Part shown: positions 1 to 9,050 of the stretch, one piece after another | Position numbering within the stretch: position 1 is the first letter of the stretch | Layout: the number at the start of each line of letters is the position of its first letter | DNA from: Promethearchaeota archaeon | GTDB lineage: Archaea; Asgardarchaeota; Lokiarchaeia; Sigyniarchaeales; SOKP01 | DNA: 64,000 nt | Assembly: GCA_048941625.1 (NCBI GenBank) | Contig: JBHLNK010000004.1 | Coordinates: 1,094 to 65,093 of the forward strand | Direction: 5' to 3' | Program-made: the position numbers and the translations under genes | The notes under the pieces: model-generated | Seen by the model: only the letters and a program-made list of their open reading frames with translations | Databases searched by the model: none | Told to the model about the DNA's origin: nothing

Positions 1-5
1 CTGGT

Positions 6-473
6 TTGAACGAGCAAATGCAAAATATGGTTAAAAGACGAATAATTGAAGTTCCAGAAATATCAAAAGAAGACTCTGTTATGCTATTGATCTTAACGGA
101 GGGTGGTAATCTTTTATTCTCAAAAAAATTCGTAGAAGACTTTTCTTTTGAAGAGAATATTATAGGAGGTTTTCTAACAACAGTAAATTATATAATTAGT
201 GAAGTATTTTCTGAAGGTCTTGATAGGGCTGTTTTTGGTCAATACACTCTTCTTATGATGCGTCTTAAACCATTTTTAGTATGTTATATCTTTAAAGGAT
301 ACTCCTATTTCGCTCATCGTAAGATTAAACAATTTATCGAATCTATTCAGAACGATAATCTGATTTGGCAATCTTTAGAAAACTTTTCCCAAATGAGTAA
401 ATTTGTTCAAGCAGAAAGTATTCCTTCACTTGAATCATTGATAACAAAAATCTTTATTGAGACACAAAATTAG
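6..473 (+). CDS. longin/roadblock-type (SNARE-like fold) small regulatory protein, a candidate MglB-like partner of the downstream GTPase. The frame is open to the window edge, so the 5' end may be incomplete.
   Basis: 155-aa ORF. The layout VMLLILTEGGNLLFSKKF ... IIGGFLTTVNYIISEVF ... YTLLMMRLKPFLVCYIFKG ... IKQFIESI mirrors the beta-alpha-beta pattern of sigma-adaptin/longin and roadblock domains. It lies directly upstream of an MglA-like GTPase. Confidence 0.5.
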   Translation: MNEQMQNMVKRRIIEVPEISKEDSVMLLILTEGGNLLFSKKFVEDFSFEENIIGGFLTTVNYIISEVFSEGLDRAVFGQYTLLMMRLKPFLVCYIFKGYSYFAHRKIKQFIESIQNDNLIWQSLENFSQMSKFVQAESIPSLESLITKIFIETQN

Positions 474-520
474 TAAAAGTTTACTTTTCAATCATTCCAA
501 TTCACAAAAGTTTTATTTTA

Positions 521-658
521 AACATTGTTGGAGTTGGAGCAGTAGGCAAAACATCCTTAATTAAGAAACTCACATTAGGAATATCCAAAAATGATGATTA
601 TCTTGTTTCTAATTTAACAGAAAAAATCAGATTCATATTTTTACATTGTTTAATATAA
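521..658 (+). pseudogene. remnant of a small-GTPase N-terminus (P-loop only), with no canonical start codon
   Basis: Manual translation gives NIVGVGAVGKTSLIKKLTLGISKNDDYLVSNLTEKIRFIFLHCLI*. It contains a perfect G1/Walker A (GxxxxGKT/S) but stops after about 45 codons, and there is no ATG/GTG/TTG in frame upstream. Confidence 0.35.
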
Positions 659-721
659 AAAACATTGATTTTTTAAACCTAGTTTAGAAATTGCATTTAT
701 AAGAATAGAGATGATTAAAGA

Positions 722-1315
722 GTGATTATTGACCATATTGAAAAAACAATTAGTATAAAAATAGTATATTTCGGTCCTGCTTTATCGGGTAAAACAACTT
801 CTATAAAGGCATTATTCTCCCATTTTGGTAAAGAAGAAGAGATTTATAGTATTGAAAGTACTGTAAATAGAACTTTGTTTTTTGATTATGGAACAATAAC
901 ATTTCAAAATCAAGAATGGGGTCTTAAAATCCATATCTACACAACTACAGGCCAGGATTTCTATTTTGTTACTCGTCCTATAACGTTAAGGGCAGTAGAT
1001 GGGATCATTTTTGTGATAGATTCTCAAGAAGAAGCTTATGAAAGAAATTTGATCTCTTGGAATGAATTAATCTCCTACTTTCGTGAAGAATTAGAGGATC
1101 TCCCAATAATTATAGCTTTTAATAAACAAGACAAGGATGATAAATTTGATTCAATAGATTTCTTAAGAGAAATAAGATACTCAAGATATAATAATGTGGA
1201 TACGAAATTTACTAGCGCAAAAAAAGGAGAAGGAATTATAGAATGTTTTGAAGATATAATAAGATTAGTATTAAAAAAATACTATGAAAATAAATTAGTG
1301 ACTAAAGTAAATTAA
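722..1315 (+). CDS. MglA-like small Ras-superfamily GTPase
   Basis: KIVYFGPALSGKTTS (G1), TTTGQDFY (MglA-type T-x-x-GQ G3), FNKQD (G4), TSAKKG (G5). Colinear with the MglA pattern KIVYYGPGLxGKTTN...TVPGQ...NKxD. Confidence 0.8.
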   Translation: MIIDHIEKTISIKIVYFGPALSGKTTSIKALFSHFGKEEEIYSIESTVNRTLFFDYGTITFQNQEWGLKIHIYTTTGQDFYFVTRPITLRAVDGIIFVIDSQEEAYERNLISWNELISYFREELEDLPIIIAFNKQDKDDKFDSIDFLREIRYSRYNNVDTKFTSAKKGEGIIECFEDIIRLVLKKYYENKLVTKVN

Positions 1316-1336
1316 ATTTTCAGTAGATAAAGAAAT

Positions 1337-2557
1337 TTAAAAGAAGCTTGCTTCTGATACCGCTGATTGAATTCTAATATTTTGTTGGCTATTATCTTCT
1401 AAAATAGAAATTAATGCAGTAATGTTTTGTTTTGTTTCATAAATGATCTCTTTTTCTTCCCCTTTTTTCCACAGATTAAATCCAGTTAAGCTTGGAGCAG
1501 TTTCGAATAAACCTTCTTGTAAACCAGTAACTTTAACTGTAATTCCGTGAAGATCTTCTTTTGAAATATTCTTTATTTTTAGGATATATCTATCAATATC
1601 CGAATCAATAGATACTACTTTATAGATTTTTTGAAATCTTGAAATTCCATCAAAAACTGAGGATGCTCCTGCTGTTCCCTCAGAAAAAAGATCTACACCC
1701 ACTTTCTTTTCAGAAATTGGACCTGTTGTTATGGTTATTGGAACTTCAAACTTAATTGGTTCTAATCCAAACTCTGGTTTCTTTTTTCCAAGAACTAGCA
1801 GACTCCATTTAGTGTATGCGCCATATTTAAAACCAAATTGCTCTTTCTCTGAAGGTGACCATAGGAAATTATGACTTGGTTCAGCTACTTCAGGAACTTT
1901 AAGAAGCAAAAAATCCTTATCAAAATTCTGAGTCCGAACATCACCAGCTATAGCAGGTGGTAATTCTTCGACTTTACGGCAATTATCACCATATGCCTCA
2001 CAATAACATATCAGATTTGAATCTTGAAGTAATCTTATTTCCAATTGTTTGAGTTCATCTGAACTATACCCAATTTTTATTGTTTCTCCTGGTTTGAACA
2101 CATCTTTAGTTAAAAGAATATTTAATCCAGCTATTGAAAATGATATTGGTTTTGGAACTTTTTCCTGAAGTCCAGAATTTCTTGCTTTAATTTCTATATC
2201 ACGCGTCTTATTAATGACTAAATCATCTTCAGGATTTACCGGATTTGGCTTTCTCAACACTAATTTTAAAATATAATTTAGATTTCTGTTTTTAATAGTA
2301 GGTACAACATTATTCTTAATTAAAAGAGATTTTTCACGTATGTATTCTCCCGGTTCAAAATTACCTTTTGAAAATATTTCTTCTTTTGAGATATGAAGTT
2401 CTTTTAAACACGGTGGGTTAGTAATTAGACTAATCCCACTCCAAAAAATTTCAGTATCTTCTTCAAAATTAAATTTAGTGCTTACTTTTACCTTATCTCC
2501 GACATAAACGGAAGCGTCAGTTGAATCACTAATCTCTAACTTTAACAAGTTTAACAA
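1337..2557 (-). CDS. arrestin/Spo0M-like two-lobe beta-sandwich protein with an extra C-terminal beta-sandwich-like module
   Basis: 406-aa ORF. It has two repeats of the arrestin-type signature (VYVGDKVKVSTKFNF..., then VFKPGETIKIGYSS...LEIRLLQ). The C-terminal roughly 95 aa resemble the tails of the ORFs at 10035-11525 and 51325-52368. Confidence 0.4.
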   Translation of the reverse strand: MLNLLKLEISDSTDASVYVGDKVKVSTKFNFEEDTEIFWSGISLITNPPCLKELHISKEEIFSKGNFEPGEYIREKSLLIKNNVVPTIKNRNLNYILKLVLRKPNPVNPEDDLVINKTRDIEIKARNSGLQEKVPKPISFSIAGLNILLTKDVFKPGETIKIGYSSDELKQLEIRLLQDSNLICYCEAYGDNCRKVEELPPAIAGDVRTQNFDKDFLLLKVPEVAEPSHNFLWSPSEKEQFGFKYGAYTKWSLLVLGKKKPEFGLEPIKFEVPITITTGPISEKKVGVDLFSEGTAGASSVFDGISRFQKIYKVVSIDSDIDRYILKIKNISKEDLHGITVKVTGLQEGLFETAPSLTGFNLWKKGEEKEIIYETKQNITALISILEDNSQQNIRIQSAVSEASFF

Positions 2558-2768
2558 AAATATTATTAATTTTTTCAGTTCATTAATTCTATTAATATTA
2601 AGATTAAAGATTAAATAAAAATTTTTTATGTTACTATTTTTCCTTTTTTATTTATTTATTTATGTAAGATTATCCACTTTTTTGTTAAAACAATGAACCT
2701 AAAAAGTATATATCATGCATCATTTTCAAATATAACGATATAAAGAAAAAATAGAGTATTTTTGAACA

Positions 2769-3485
2769 ATGAAGGGTAAACTTGATGATAAAACTAAAGT
2801 GATACTCTTTGATTTGGATAATACCTTAATAGAAGTAGATTTAGATAAATTTATTCCACAGTATTTAAACTTATTGTCTCAAAGTGTAGCCCATATTATT
2901 CCATCTAAGAAATTTATAGCTAAAATTCTAACTGCTTCAAAAGCAATAGAAGAGAATGATGGTTCCAAATCTAATGAGGAGGTTTATGCTGAGAAATTTT
3001 TCCCATTGGAAGGATATGACCGTGAGGAAATTAAACCATTTTTTGATGAATTCTATGAAAAAGATTTTTTAAAATTAAAAAAATACACTAAAAAAAAGCC
3101 TGAAGCTAAAGCTGTAGTTCAAAAAGCTTTTGACGAAGGATATGATGTTGTTATTGCCACAACTCCGATGCTACCTGCAACTGCTATCGAACAAAGATTA
3201 GAATGGGCGGGAGTGGCTGAATTCCCTTACCTTTTAATAACCTCAATAGAAAACTGTCATGCAACTAAATCTCTAACTCATTTGCTTTATTACGATCAAA
3301 TATTAGATAAAATTGGGTATCCTGCAAAATCCTGTTTAATGGTTGGTGATGATGATAAGGATTTAGTAGCTAAACGATTAGGAATGCTTACATATTTAAT
3401 TGAACAGAATGGAAGAGTATTGAGTCCAGAAATCCCAGAGCCGACATTTAAAGGCTCCTTAAAAGATTTGTTAAAGTTACTTTAG
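2769..3485 (+). CDS. HAD-superfamily hydrolase
   Basis: ILFDLDNTL (motif I, DxD) and MVGDDDKDL (motif IV). Confidence 0.7.
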   Translation: MKGKLDDKTKVILFDLDNTLIEVDLDKFIPQYLNLLSQSVAHIIPSKKFIAKILTASKAIEENDGSKSNEEVYAEKFFPLEGYDREEIKPFFDEFYEKDFLKLKKYTKKKPEAKAVVQKAFDEGYDVVIATTPMLPATAIEQRLEWAGVAEFPYLLITSIENCHATKSLTHLLYYDQILDKIGYPAKSCLMVGDDDKDLVAKRLGMLTYLIEQNGRVLSPEIPEPTFKGSLKDLLKLL

Positions 3486-3490
3486 TATTA

Positions 3491-3667
3491 TTATTTTTCC
3501 CTTTTATGCCATGTGTAGGCTAATTTACTCATATTATAAATGGGTGGAGGAGGTTCTTCTATTAATTTCTTACCAAGACACTTCGCACATAGATATACCT
3601 CTCTATTAACATCAGTAAAGAAGCACATGTACAAGTTTTCCTCATGAAGGCAGCCTTCGCACCTCAT
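3491..3667 (-). CDS. small (58 aa) CxxC...CxxC zinc-ribbon protein, absent from the ORF track
   Basis: Manual reverse-strand translation gives MRCEGCLHEENLYMCFFTDVNREVYLCAKCLGKKLIEEPPPPIYNMSKLAYTWHKREK*. It has an ATG start, a TAA stop and two CxxC pairs. Confidence 0.45.
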   Translation of the reverse strand: MRCEGCLHEENLYMCFFTDVNREVYLCAKCLGKKLIEEPPPPIYNMSKLAYTWHKREK

Positions 3668-3863
3668 TATTCATCTTAAAATCTTCGACAAAGAAATAAA
3701 AAACTTATTATTAAAATCGCAATAAATTTTTGAATTTATTTCCTTATTTTTTAAATATTTTGAGTTAAAGTTAAATAAAAATTTTTTTTTAGATTTTATT
3801 AGAAGTATATTTTTACTGATATAGTATAATTTTTTTTAAGGTTGAGGTTTTCTGAACGACGCA

Positions 3864-4700
3864 GTGTTTTTTAGTCTTATTGCTATGTTTATTATACGTA
3901 TTATTGGTTTAGGTACCTCTTTCGAATTTTTTTATGATTTGAAAAAAAATTTTTATTTTTATTTTATTTTAGGATGGATGTTTGCAATTATAGGGAATCT
4001 ATTAGCACTATTAATAGATTTGATAGACAATACTTCTCTTTTAGAGACAATCTTAGTATTTAATGCTCTCTTTATTTCTCTGAGTATGTTTTTGTTAATG
4101 ATCGGTATGTTGTCATATTATCTCAAAATTAATTTTCGATATCTAGTTTTAAGTTGCATAGGTATAATAATTATAGCTTTAATGTTGTTTATTTTTATTG
4201 ATTACACGATTTCAATCAATTTTTCTGTTTTAATTATGAATTTGGTGATAATAATTGCTTTTTTAATACCGTTCTTTAAATATAAAAAATTCCGGAAAAT
4301 TATTGGAAAAAGTATTAGATGGTATTATGTAGGTTTTGTAACTCTTCTTGGTTTTTTACCGATTTCTTTATTTATTTCTTCACAAGGTTATGGTTATGGA
4401 CTCTATTTTACTGATGATATTCTATTTATAATCTTAAACTATACAATTGGTATTATAAATCATCTACTATTGATTGTTTTACTTATTCATTTAGAATTTA
4501 CAATTTCTAATAGGCAACAAAACCAATTGAAAGATAAATATTCCCATAATTTAGGAAATATAATGCAAGTAATTTATAGCTCTGCTGATTTATTTAAGAG
4601 AATTATCAAAACAGAGAATATTGACAATGATAAATTGGATTTAATAGAAAAAAAGTGTAAAGAAGCCTCAAAAATAATTAAAGAGATTAGAAATTTATAA
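3864..4700 (+). CDS. polytopic membrane protein with a C-terminal HisKA-like helix but no ATPase domain
   Basis: About 6-7 hydrophobic helices, then QLKDKYSHNLGNIMQVIYSSADLF (an H-box-like dimerisation/phospho-acceptor segment). The ORF ends without N/G boxes. It precedes a receiver and a complete histidine kinase. Confidence 0.5.
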   Translation: MFFSLIAMFIIRIIGLGTSFEFFYDLKKNFYFYFILGWMFAIIGNLLALLIDLIDNTSLLETILVFNALFISLSMFLLMIGMLSYYLKINFRYLVLSCIGIIIIALMLFIFIDYTISINFSVLIMNLVIIIAFLIPFFKYKKFRKIIGKSIRWYYVGFVTLLGFLPISLFISSQGYGYGLYFTDDILFIILNYTIGIINHLLLIVLLIHLEFTISNRQQNQLKDKYSHNLGNIMQVIYSSADLFKRIIKTENIDNDKLDLIEKKCKEASKIIKEIRNL

Positions 4701-4723
4701 GTTTAATATAAGGAGAGATCAAC

Positions 4724-5086
4724 ATGTCTAATATTTTAATTGTTGATGATGATCTAGATATTGTAGATCTTTTCGAGCAATTCTTAAAACTAAAAGGGCA
4801 TAAGATTATAGCAAAAGCTTACGATGGTGAACAAGCAATTGAAGTTTTTAAGAAATCGCAAAACCACATAGATATAATTATAATGGATCATCGGATGCCT
4901 TTGAAAAATGGAGTTGAAACTACAGAGGAAATTCTTAACATAAATCCTAAAGTTAAAATTATTTTTGTGAGTGCGGACTATACTATTCGAGACAGGGCAA
5001 TTAAAGCTGGAGCCGTTGATTTTTTAGAAAAACCAATTGATTTCGACACTTTATTTAGATTGATTGAAAAATATATACCTTCCTAA
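4724..5086 (+). CDS. single-domain response regulator (CheY-like receiver)
   Basis: ILIVDDDLD, IIIMDHRMP (phospho-acceptor Asp) and IIFVSAD motifs. A GGAGAG Shine-Dalgarno-like sequence lies upstream. Confidence 0.85.
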   Translation: MSNILIVDDDLDIVDLFEQFLKLKGHKIIAKAYDGEQAIEVFKKSQNHIDIIIMDHRMPLKNGVETTEEILNINPKVKIIFVSADYTIRDRAIKAGAVDFLEKPIDFDTLFRLIEKYIPS

Positions 5087-5211
5087 AGGAAATTGTTAGT
5101 CTTTTACATTCATGGGTAGAATTTTGCTTTGATCTTATGGTGAACTGATAATTTTTAAAGTTTAAAACTAAGATATAATTAATATTCGTTTTAATTAAAC
5201 AACGATCTTAA

Positions 5212-6282
5212 ATGAAGAGATTAAATAATTTATATTATTCCTCATTAATTCTTTTCATTATAACTTCTCTCTTTTTATATCTCCAACTATTTTTGGTAAA
5301 CGCTGTTCAGTTCAGGATATTTTTAATAGAACTTGGTTATGGCTTAATGTTATTTATCCCCATTTTTCTAATTAGTTGGTTTTTAAGGAAAACTAAGTTT
5401 CAGTTTGATTTAATTATGATAATGTCAGGCATTTGTGCTTATGGTGCATATCTAGCGGATCTAATGACAAAATCTACTCCTAATTGGGGACTTTTAAGAA
5501 TAAATATTCCATTTATTATAGGATTCATCATTGTTGGATTGCTTAACATCGCTTCTTTGCTATATTTCACCATTATTTTAACAAAAAAAAGAGTAATTAC
5601 ACCACTACATCATGCAATTAAAGAAAAAAATAAAATAGAAAAGATACTTCTTCAACAAAAACAAGAATTAAGCAATTTCGCTCATATGATGGTTCATGAT
5701 TTGCGTAGTAATTTAACTTCAATAAAGGGATTCGCTGAATTAATGTCAAGGGAGTCCAATAAAGAAGACGGTTTACTTATGCTGGATAAAATCAATCAAA
5801 TCCAGGATTTGCTTGAATCTTCATTAAAATTAGCAGATTCTGGTAAAATCATAGATAAAAGAGAAAATGTTGATTTACATCATCTTACTCGGGAATTAGT
5901 TGATTCAATCATCCCAAAACCCATAAAAATACAATTAGATGGATTACCTAATATTTCTGGAGATAAACATCGGTTATTCCAGGTAATGAAAAATCTTTTA
6001 GAAAATGCTGTAATACACGGTAAACCAAATGAGATAAGAATATATTCTCAATATCAAAATTCCTCACTATTACTTTGTATAGAAAATGATGGCAATCCTA
6101 TATCAAATGAATCTTTAAACGATTTTAATAAGCAGACTTTTTCTTTAGAAATTAATAGAAAAGGATTAGGATTAAAAATAGTAAAAAGGATTATTGAAGC
6201 ACATGGATGGAATATTACTGCTAAAGATAAACCTTTGACGACTTTCGTAATTAAGATACCTAAGGATGATGTCATCAATTAG
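5212..6282 (+). CDS. membrane sensor histidine kinase (HisKA + HATPase_c)
   Basis: H-box FAHMMVHDLRSNLTSIKGF, N-box NLLENAVIHG and G-box KGLGLKIVKRIIEAHGW, with N-terminal transmembrane helices. Confidence 0.85.
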   Translation: MKRLNNLYYSSLILFIITSLFLYLQLFLVNAVQFRIFLIELGYGLMLFIPIFLISWFLRKTKFQFDLIMIMSGICAYGAYLADLMTKSTPNWGLLRINIPFIIGFIIVGLLNIASLLYFTIILTKKRVITPLHHAIKEKNKIEKILLQQKQELSNFAHMMVHDLRSNLTSIKGFAELMSRESNKEDGLLMLDKINQIQDLLESSLKLADSGKIIDKRENVDLHHLTRELVDSIIPKPIKIQLDGLPNISGDKHRLFQVMKNLLENAVIHGKPNEIRIYSQYQNSSLLLCIENDGNPISNESLNDFNKQTFSLEINRKGLGLKIVKRIIEAHGWNITAKDKPLTTFVIKIPKDDVIN

Positions 6283-6324
6283 TTAATATTTGTAAAATAT
6301 ACTTAATTGTATTAAATACAGATT

Positions 6325-6897
6325 TTATATGATCTCATTGATTTCTTTATATCTAAAACAATCTATTACATGATCGTTTACCATACCAACTGCTTGCATA
6401 AAGGCATAGCAAATTGTTGGTCCTACAAACTTAAATCCTCGTTTCTTAAGATCTTTACTCATTTGTTCTGATTGCTCCGTTTTCGAGGGCAATTCAGATA
6501 GTTCTTTAAATTTATTGTCTATAGATTTAAAATTAACAAATTGCCAAATATACTTGTCAAATGACCCAAATTCTTTTTGAACATCTAAAAGTGCTTTAGC
6601 ATTTATGATTGTTGCGGTAATTTTTAATCTATTTCTGATAATTCCCTTATCATTCATCAATTCCTCTATTTTTTTTTCAGAATACTTCGCAATTTTATTA
6701 TAATCAAAATTATCAAAAACTTTTCTATAATTCTCACGCCTTTTTAGAATAGTACTCCAACTTAAACCTGCTTGGGCACCTTCTAATATTAAAAATTCAA
6801 AAAGAAGCTGATCATCATGAATAGGAGTTCCCCATTCTCTATCATGATATAAAATCATCTGTGGGTCATTTCCTGTCCATCTACATCGGTTTACCAT
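6325..6897 (-). CDS. tag: DNA-3-methyladenine glycosylase I
   Basis: CRWTGNDP...YHDREWGTP..DD..LFEFLILEGAQAGLSWSTILKRRENYRKVFDNFD is the characteristic Tag family pattern. Confidence 0.85.
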   Translation of the reverse strand: MVNRCRWTGNDPQMILYHDREWGTPIHDDQLLFEFLILEGAQAGLSWSTILKRRENYRKVFDNFDYNKIAKYSEKKIEELMNDKGIIRNRLKITATIINAKALLDVQKEFGSFDKYIWQFVNFKSIDNKFKELSELPSKTEQSEQMSKDLKKRGFKFVGPTICYAFMQAVGMVNDHVIDCFRYKEINEII

Positions 6898-6990
6898 ATT
6901 ATATTACCATAATTTTGTAATTTTCTCTGTAATATTTTAAAAAATTGATAAACCAATAAAACAATTATTGTTAATTAACTATAAAATTAT

Positions 6991-7377
6991 ATGAATGGAT
7001 ATATGAATCTCAGAGATCCAAAAATAACTGCTTTACAGTTTAATCAATATATTAATGCCCAAGATATTCAAGGAATTATTAGTCTTATGGCTGAAAACTA
7101 CACATTTATTTCTATTTCTGGAAACATAGAAAAAGGAAAGGATATAAATATTAAAGGATGGATATCGTTTTTCAATAATTATCCTGATTATAAAAATATT
7201 TTTACAAGAGTAGAATCAAGAGATAATTTAGTTATACTAATTGGATATTCTACTTGTTCCTATGATCCTTTAGATGGTCCTGCGATATGGACAGCAACTA
7301 TTGAAGATGATCTTGTAGCTAAGTGGCAAATTTATGAGGACACGAAAGAAATAAGAAAAAAATTGAATATTGTATAA
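6991..7377 (+). CDS. SnoaL-like / NTF2-fold protein
   Basis: 128 aa. The pattern FNQYINAQDIQGIISLMAENYTF...GW..FF is typical of SnoaL-like domains. Confidence 0.45.
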   Translation: MNGYMNLRDPKITALQFNQYINAQDIQGIISLMAENYTFISISGNIEKGKDINIKGWISFFNNYPDYKNIFTRVESRDNLVILIGYSTCSYDPLDGPAIWTATIEDDLVAKWQIYEDTKEIRKKLNIV

Positions 7378-7384
7378 TAAAATA

Positions 7385-7930
7385 TCAAAGAGTAATTTGT
7401 AAAACAAATACTCCAATCAAACTAACGCTTAGGATAAATGAATACTTTAAATTGGTCTTACCATCATATTGTTTTTTAATTTTTTCAGTTATTTTTGCTC
7501 TTTTATATATCTTACAGGTATTTACTGCTACAGGTGGATATTTCATATATGATTGAATAGAATTATCATAAGGAATTGAACTTTGTGATGTAGTTGCTGA
7601 TTTTGAATAAAAAGTATAAATATATAGTATTTCTGGCAAAAGAAGGGCTCCCAATAACGGATAAAAATTCAAAAGATAGAATAAAAAGAATAAACCTCCA
7701 ACCATTAGAGCAAAACAATAATAAATATAAAGTGGATTATTCTGAATGAACTTCAAAATCAAAATAATAACTGATATGCTAGATAAAAAAATACCAATAG
7801 TAGAAACAAATATATTAGTTGATAAAATTAGCAATGGTAATATGATAATTAATAAATTCATTAAAGCTAAACTAATATCAATATAATTTACAAATCCTTT
7901 CCTGAACTGATACTCTAAATTATCACTCAT
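7385..7930 (-). CDS. hypothetical multi-pass membrane protein
   Basis: 181-aa ORF dominated by hydrophobic helices. No recognisable motif. Confidence 0.4.
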   Translation of the reverse strand: MSDNLEYQFRKGFVNYIDISLALMNLLIIILPLLILSTNIFVSTIGIFLSSISVIILILKFIQNNPLYIYYCFALMVGGLFFLFYLLNFYPLLGALLLPEILYIYTFYSKSATTSQSSIPYDNSIQSYMKYPPVAVNTCKIYKRAKITEKIKKQYDGKTNLKYSFILSVSLIGVFVLQITL

Positions 7931-8041
7931 TATGATTCTTTAAACTTTTAATGGTTTTTAAAATTATTAGGAAATCTCCAATATGTGATAAAGCGATTTA
8001 TTCTTTTAAATGTTAGGATAAAAAGGAGTAATAGTAAAAAA

Positions 8042-8929
8042 TTATTGATAAGCTTTACCTACGTTTTCACTAATTGCGTCCAATACTTGTGACCATACCT
8101 CTGGGGGTAGACTGTGCCCCATTCCTTCGATAATGAGTAATTCTGCCCCTGGTATTGCTTCCGCAGTATCATTACCTCCATCAGGTGGCATAAGAGGATC
8201 TTCAGACCCATGAATTACAAGTGTAGGGGCTGTTATAGAACCCAGAGCTTGTTTGCGATTTCCACTAGCTAATATTGCTGCTATTTGACGTGAATAGCCT
8301 GGACGATAATTTGAACGATCGTATGATGCAGTCACAAACTTACGTGCTTTTTCTTCATCAAAAGGAAAACCTTTCCCATGAATAACTCGTAAATTGTTCA
8401 CACCATGCTCAATAATTGCTTCACGTTCTGTGGGTGGGGGTTGAATTAATACTTTCATTGCTTCTGGTTTTGGACGAGGTAAATCGGGATTACCTGTACT
8501 ACTCATTATAGATGTAAGAGATAAAACACGAGAAGGGTGTCTATACGCAATAGTTTGAGCGATCATCCCCCCCATAGATACTCCACAAATATGAGCTTTA
8601 TCAATTTTTATAGCTGTTAAAAGTCCTACAGCATCATCAGCCATATCATTTAACGTATATGCGGCTTCAATTTCTTGTCCTTGGGCTAATTTCATATACA
8701 ATTTCATGATATCTGGTTCACCTGCATCATCAAATTTAGTAGATAACCCAACATCTCGATTATCAAATCGAATTACATAAAATCCTCGTTCTACAAATTT
8801 CTCGCATAGTTCTTCTTCCCATCTGATCATCTGAGCACCAAGCCCCATAATTAATAATAAAGGTTTTGAGGTAGTATCTCCAAATGTATCATACTCAATT
8901 TCAATATTATTAGCTTTAACTCTTGGCAT
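8042..8929 (-). CDS. alpha/beta-fold hydrolase
   Basis: Nucleophile elbow GVSMGG, HG-type oxyanion region LLLIMGLG and C-terminal GMGHSLP (catalytic His region). Visibly more G+C-rich than its neighbours. Confidence 0.8.
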   Translation of the reverse strand: MPRVKANNIEIEYDTFGDTTSKPLLLIMGLGAQMIRWEEELCEKFVERGFYVIRFDNRDVGLSTKFDDAGEPDIMKLYMKLAQGQEIEAAYTLNDMADDAVGLLTAIKIDKAHICGVSMGGMIAQTIAYRHPSRVLSLTSIMSSTGNPDLPRPKPEAMKVLIQPPPTEREAIIEHGVNNLRVIHGKGFPFDEEKARKFVTASYDRSNYRPGYSRQIAAILASGNRKQALGSITAPTLVIHGSEDPLMPPDGGNDTAEAIPGAELLIIEGMGHSLPPEVWSQVLDAISENVGKAYQ

Positions 8930-9050
8930 TACTTTTTTCCTCTTTATTAAATTTAATATAACTTAGTTTTATGTATTTTTATAGGTTATGAATAAACTTA
9001 GGTTTTAAAAAAAGAGATAAAGAAAATTAATTTAATTAAAATTTTATAGA

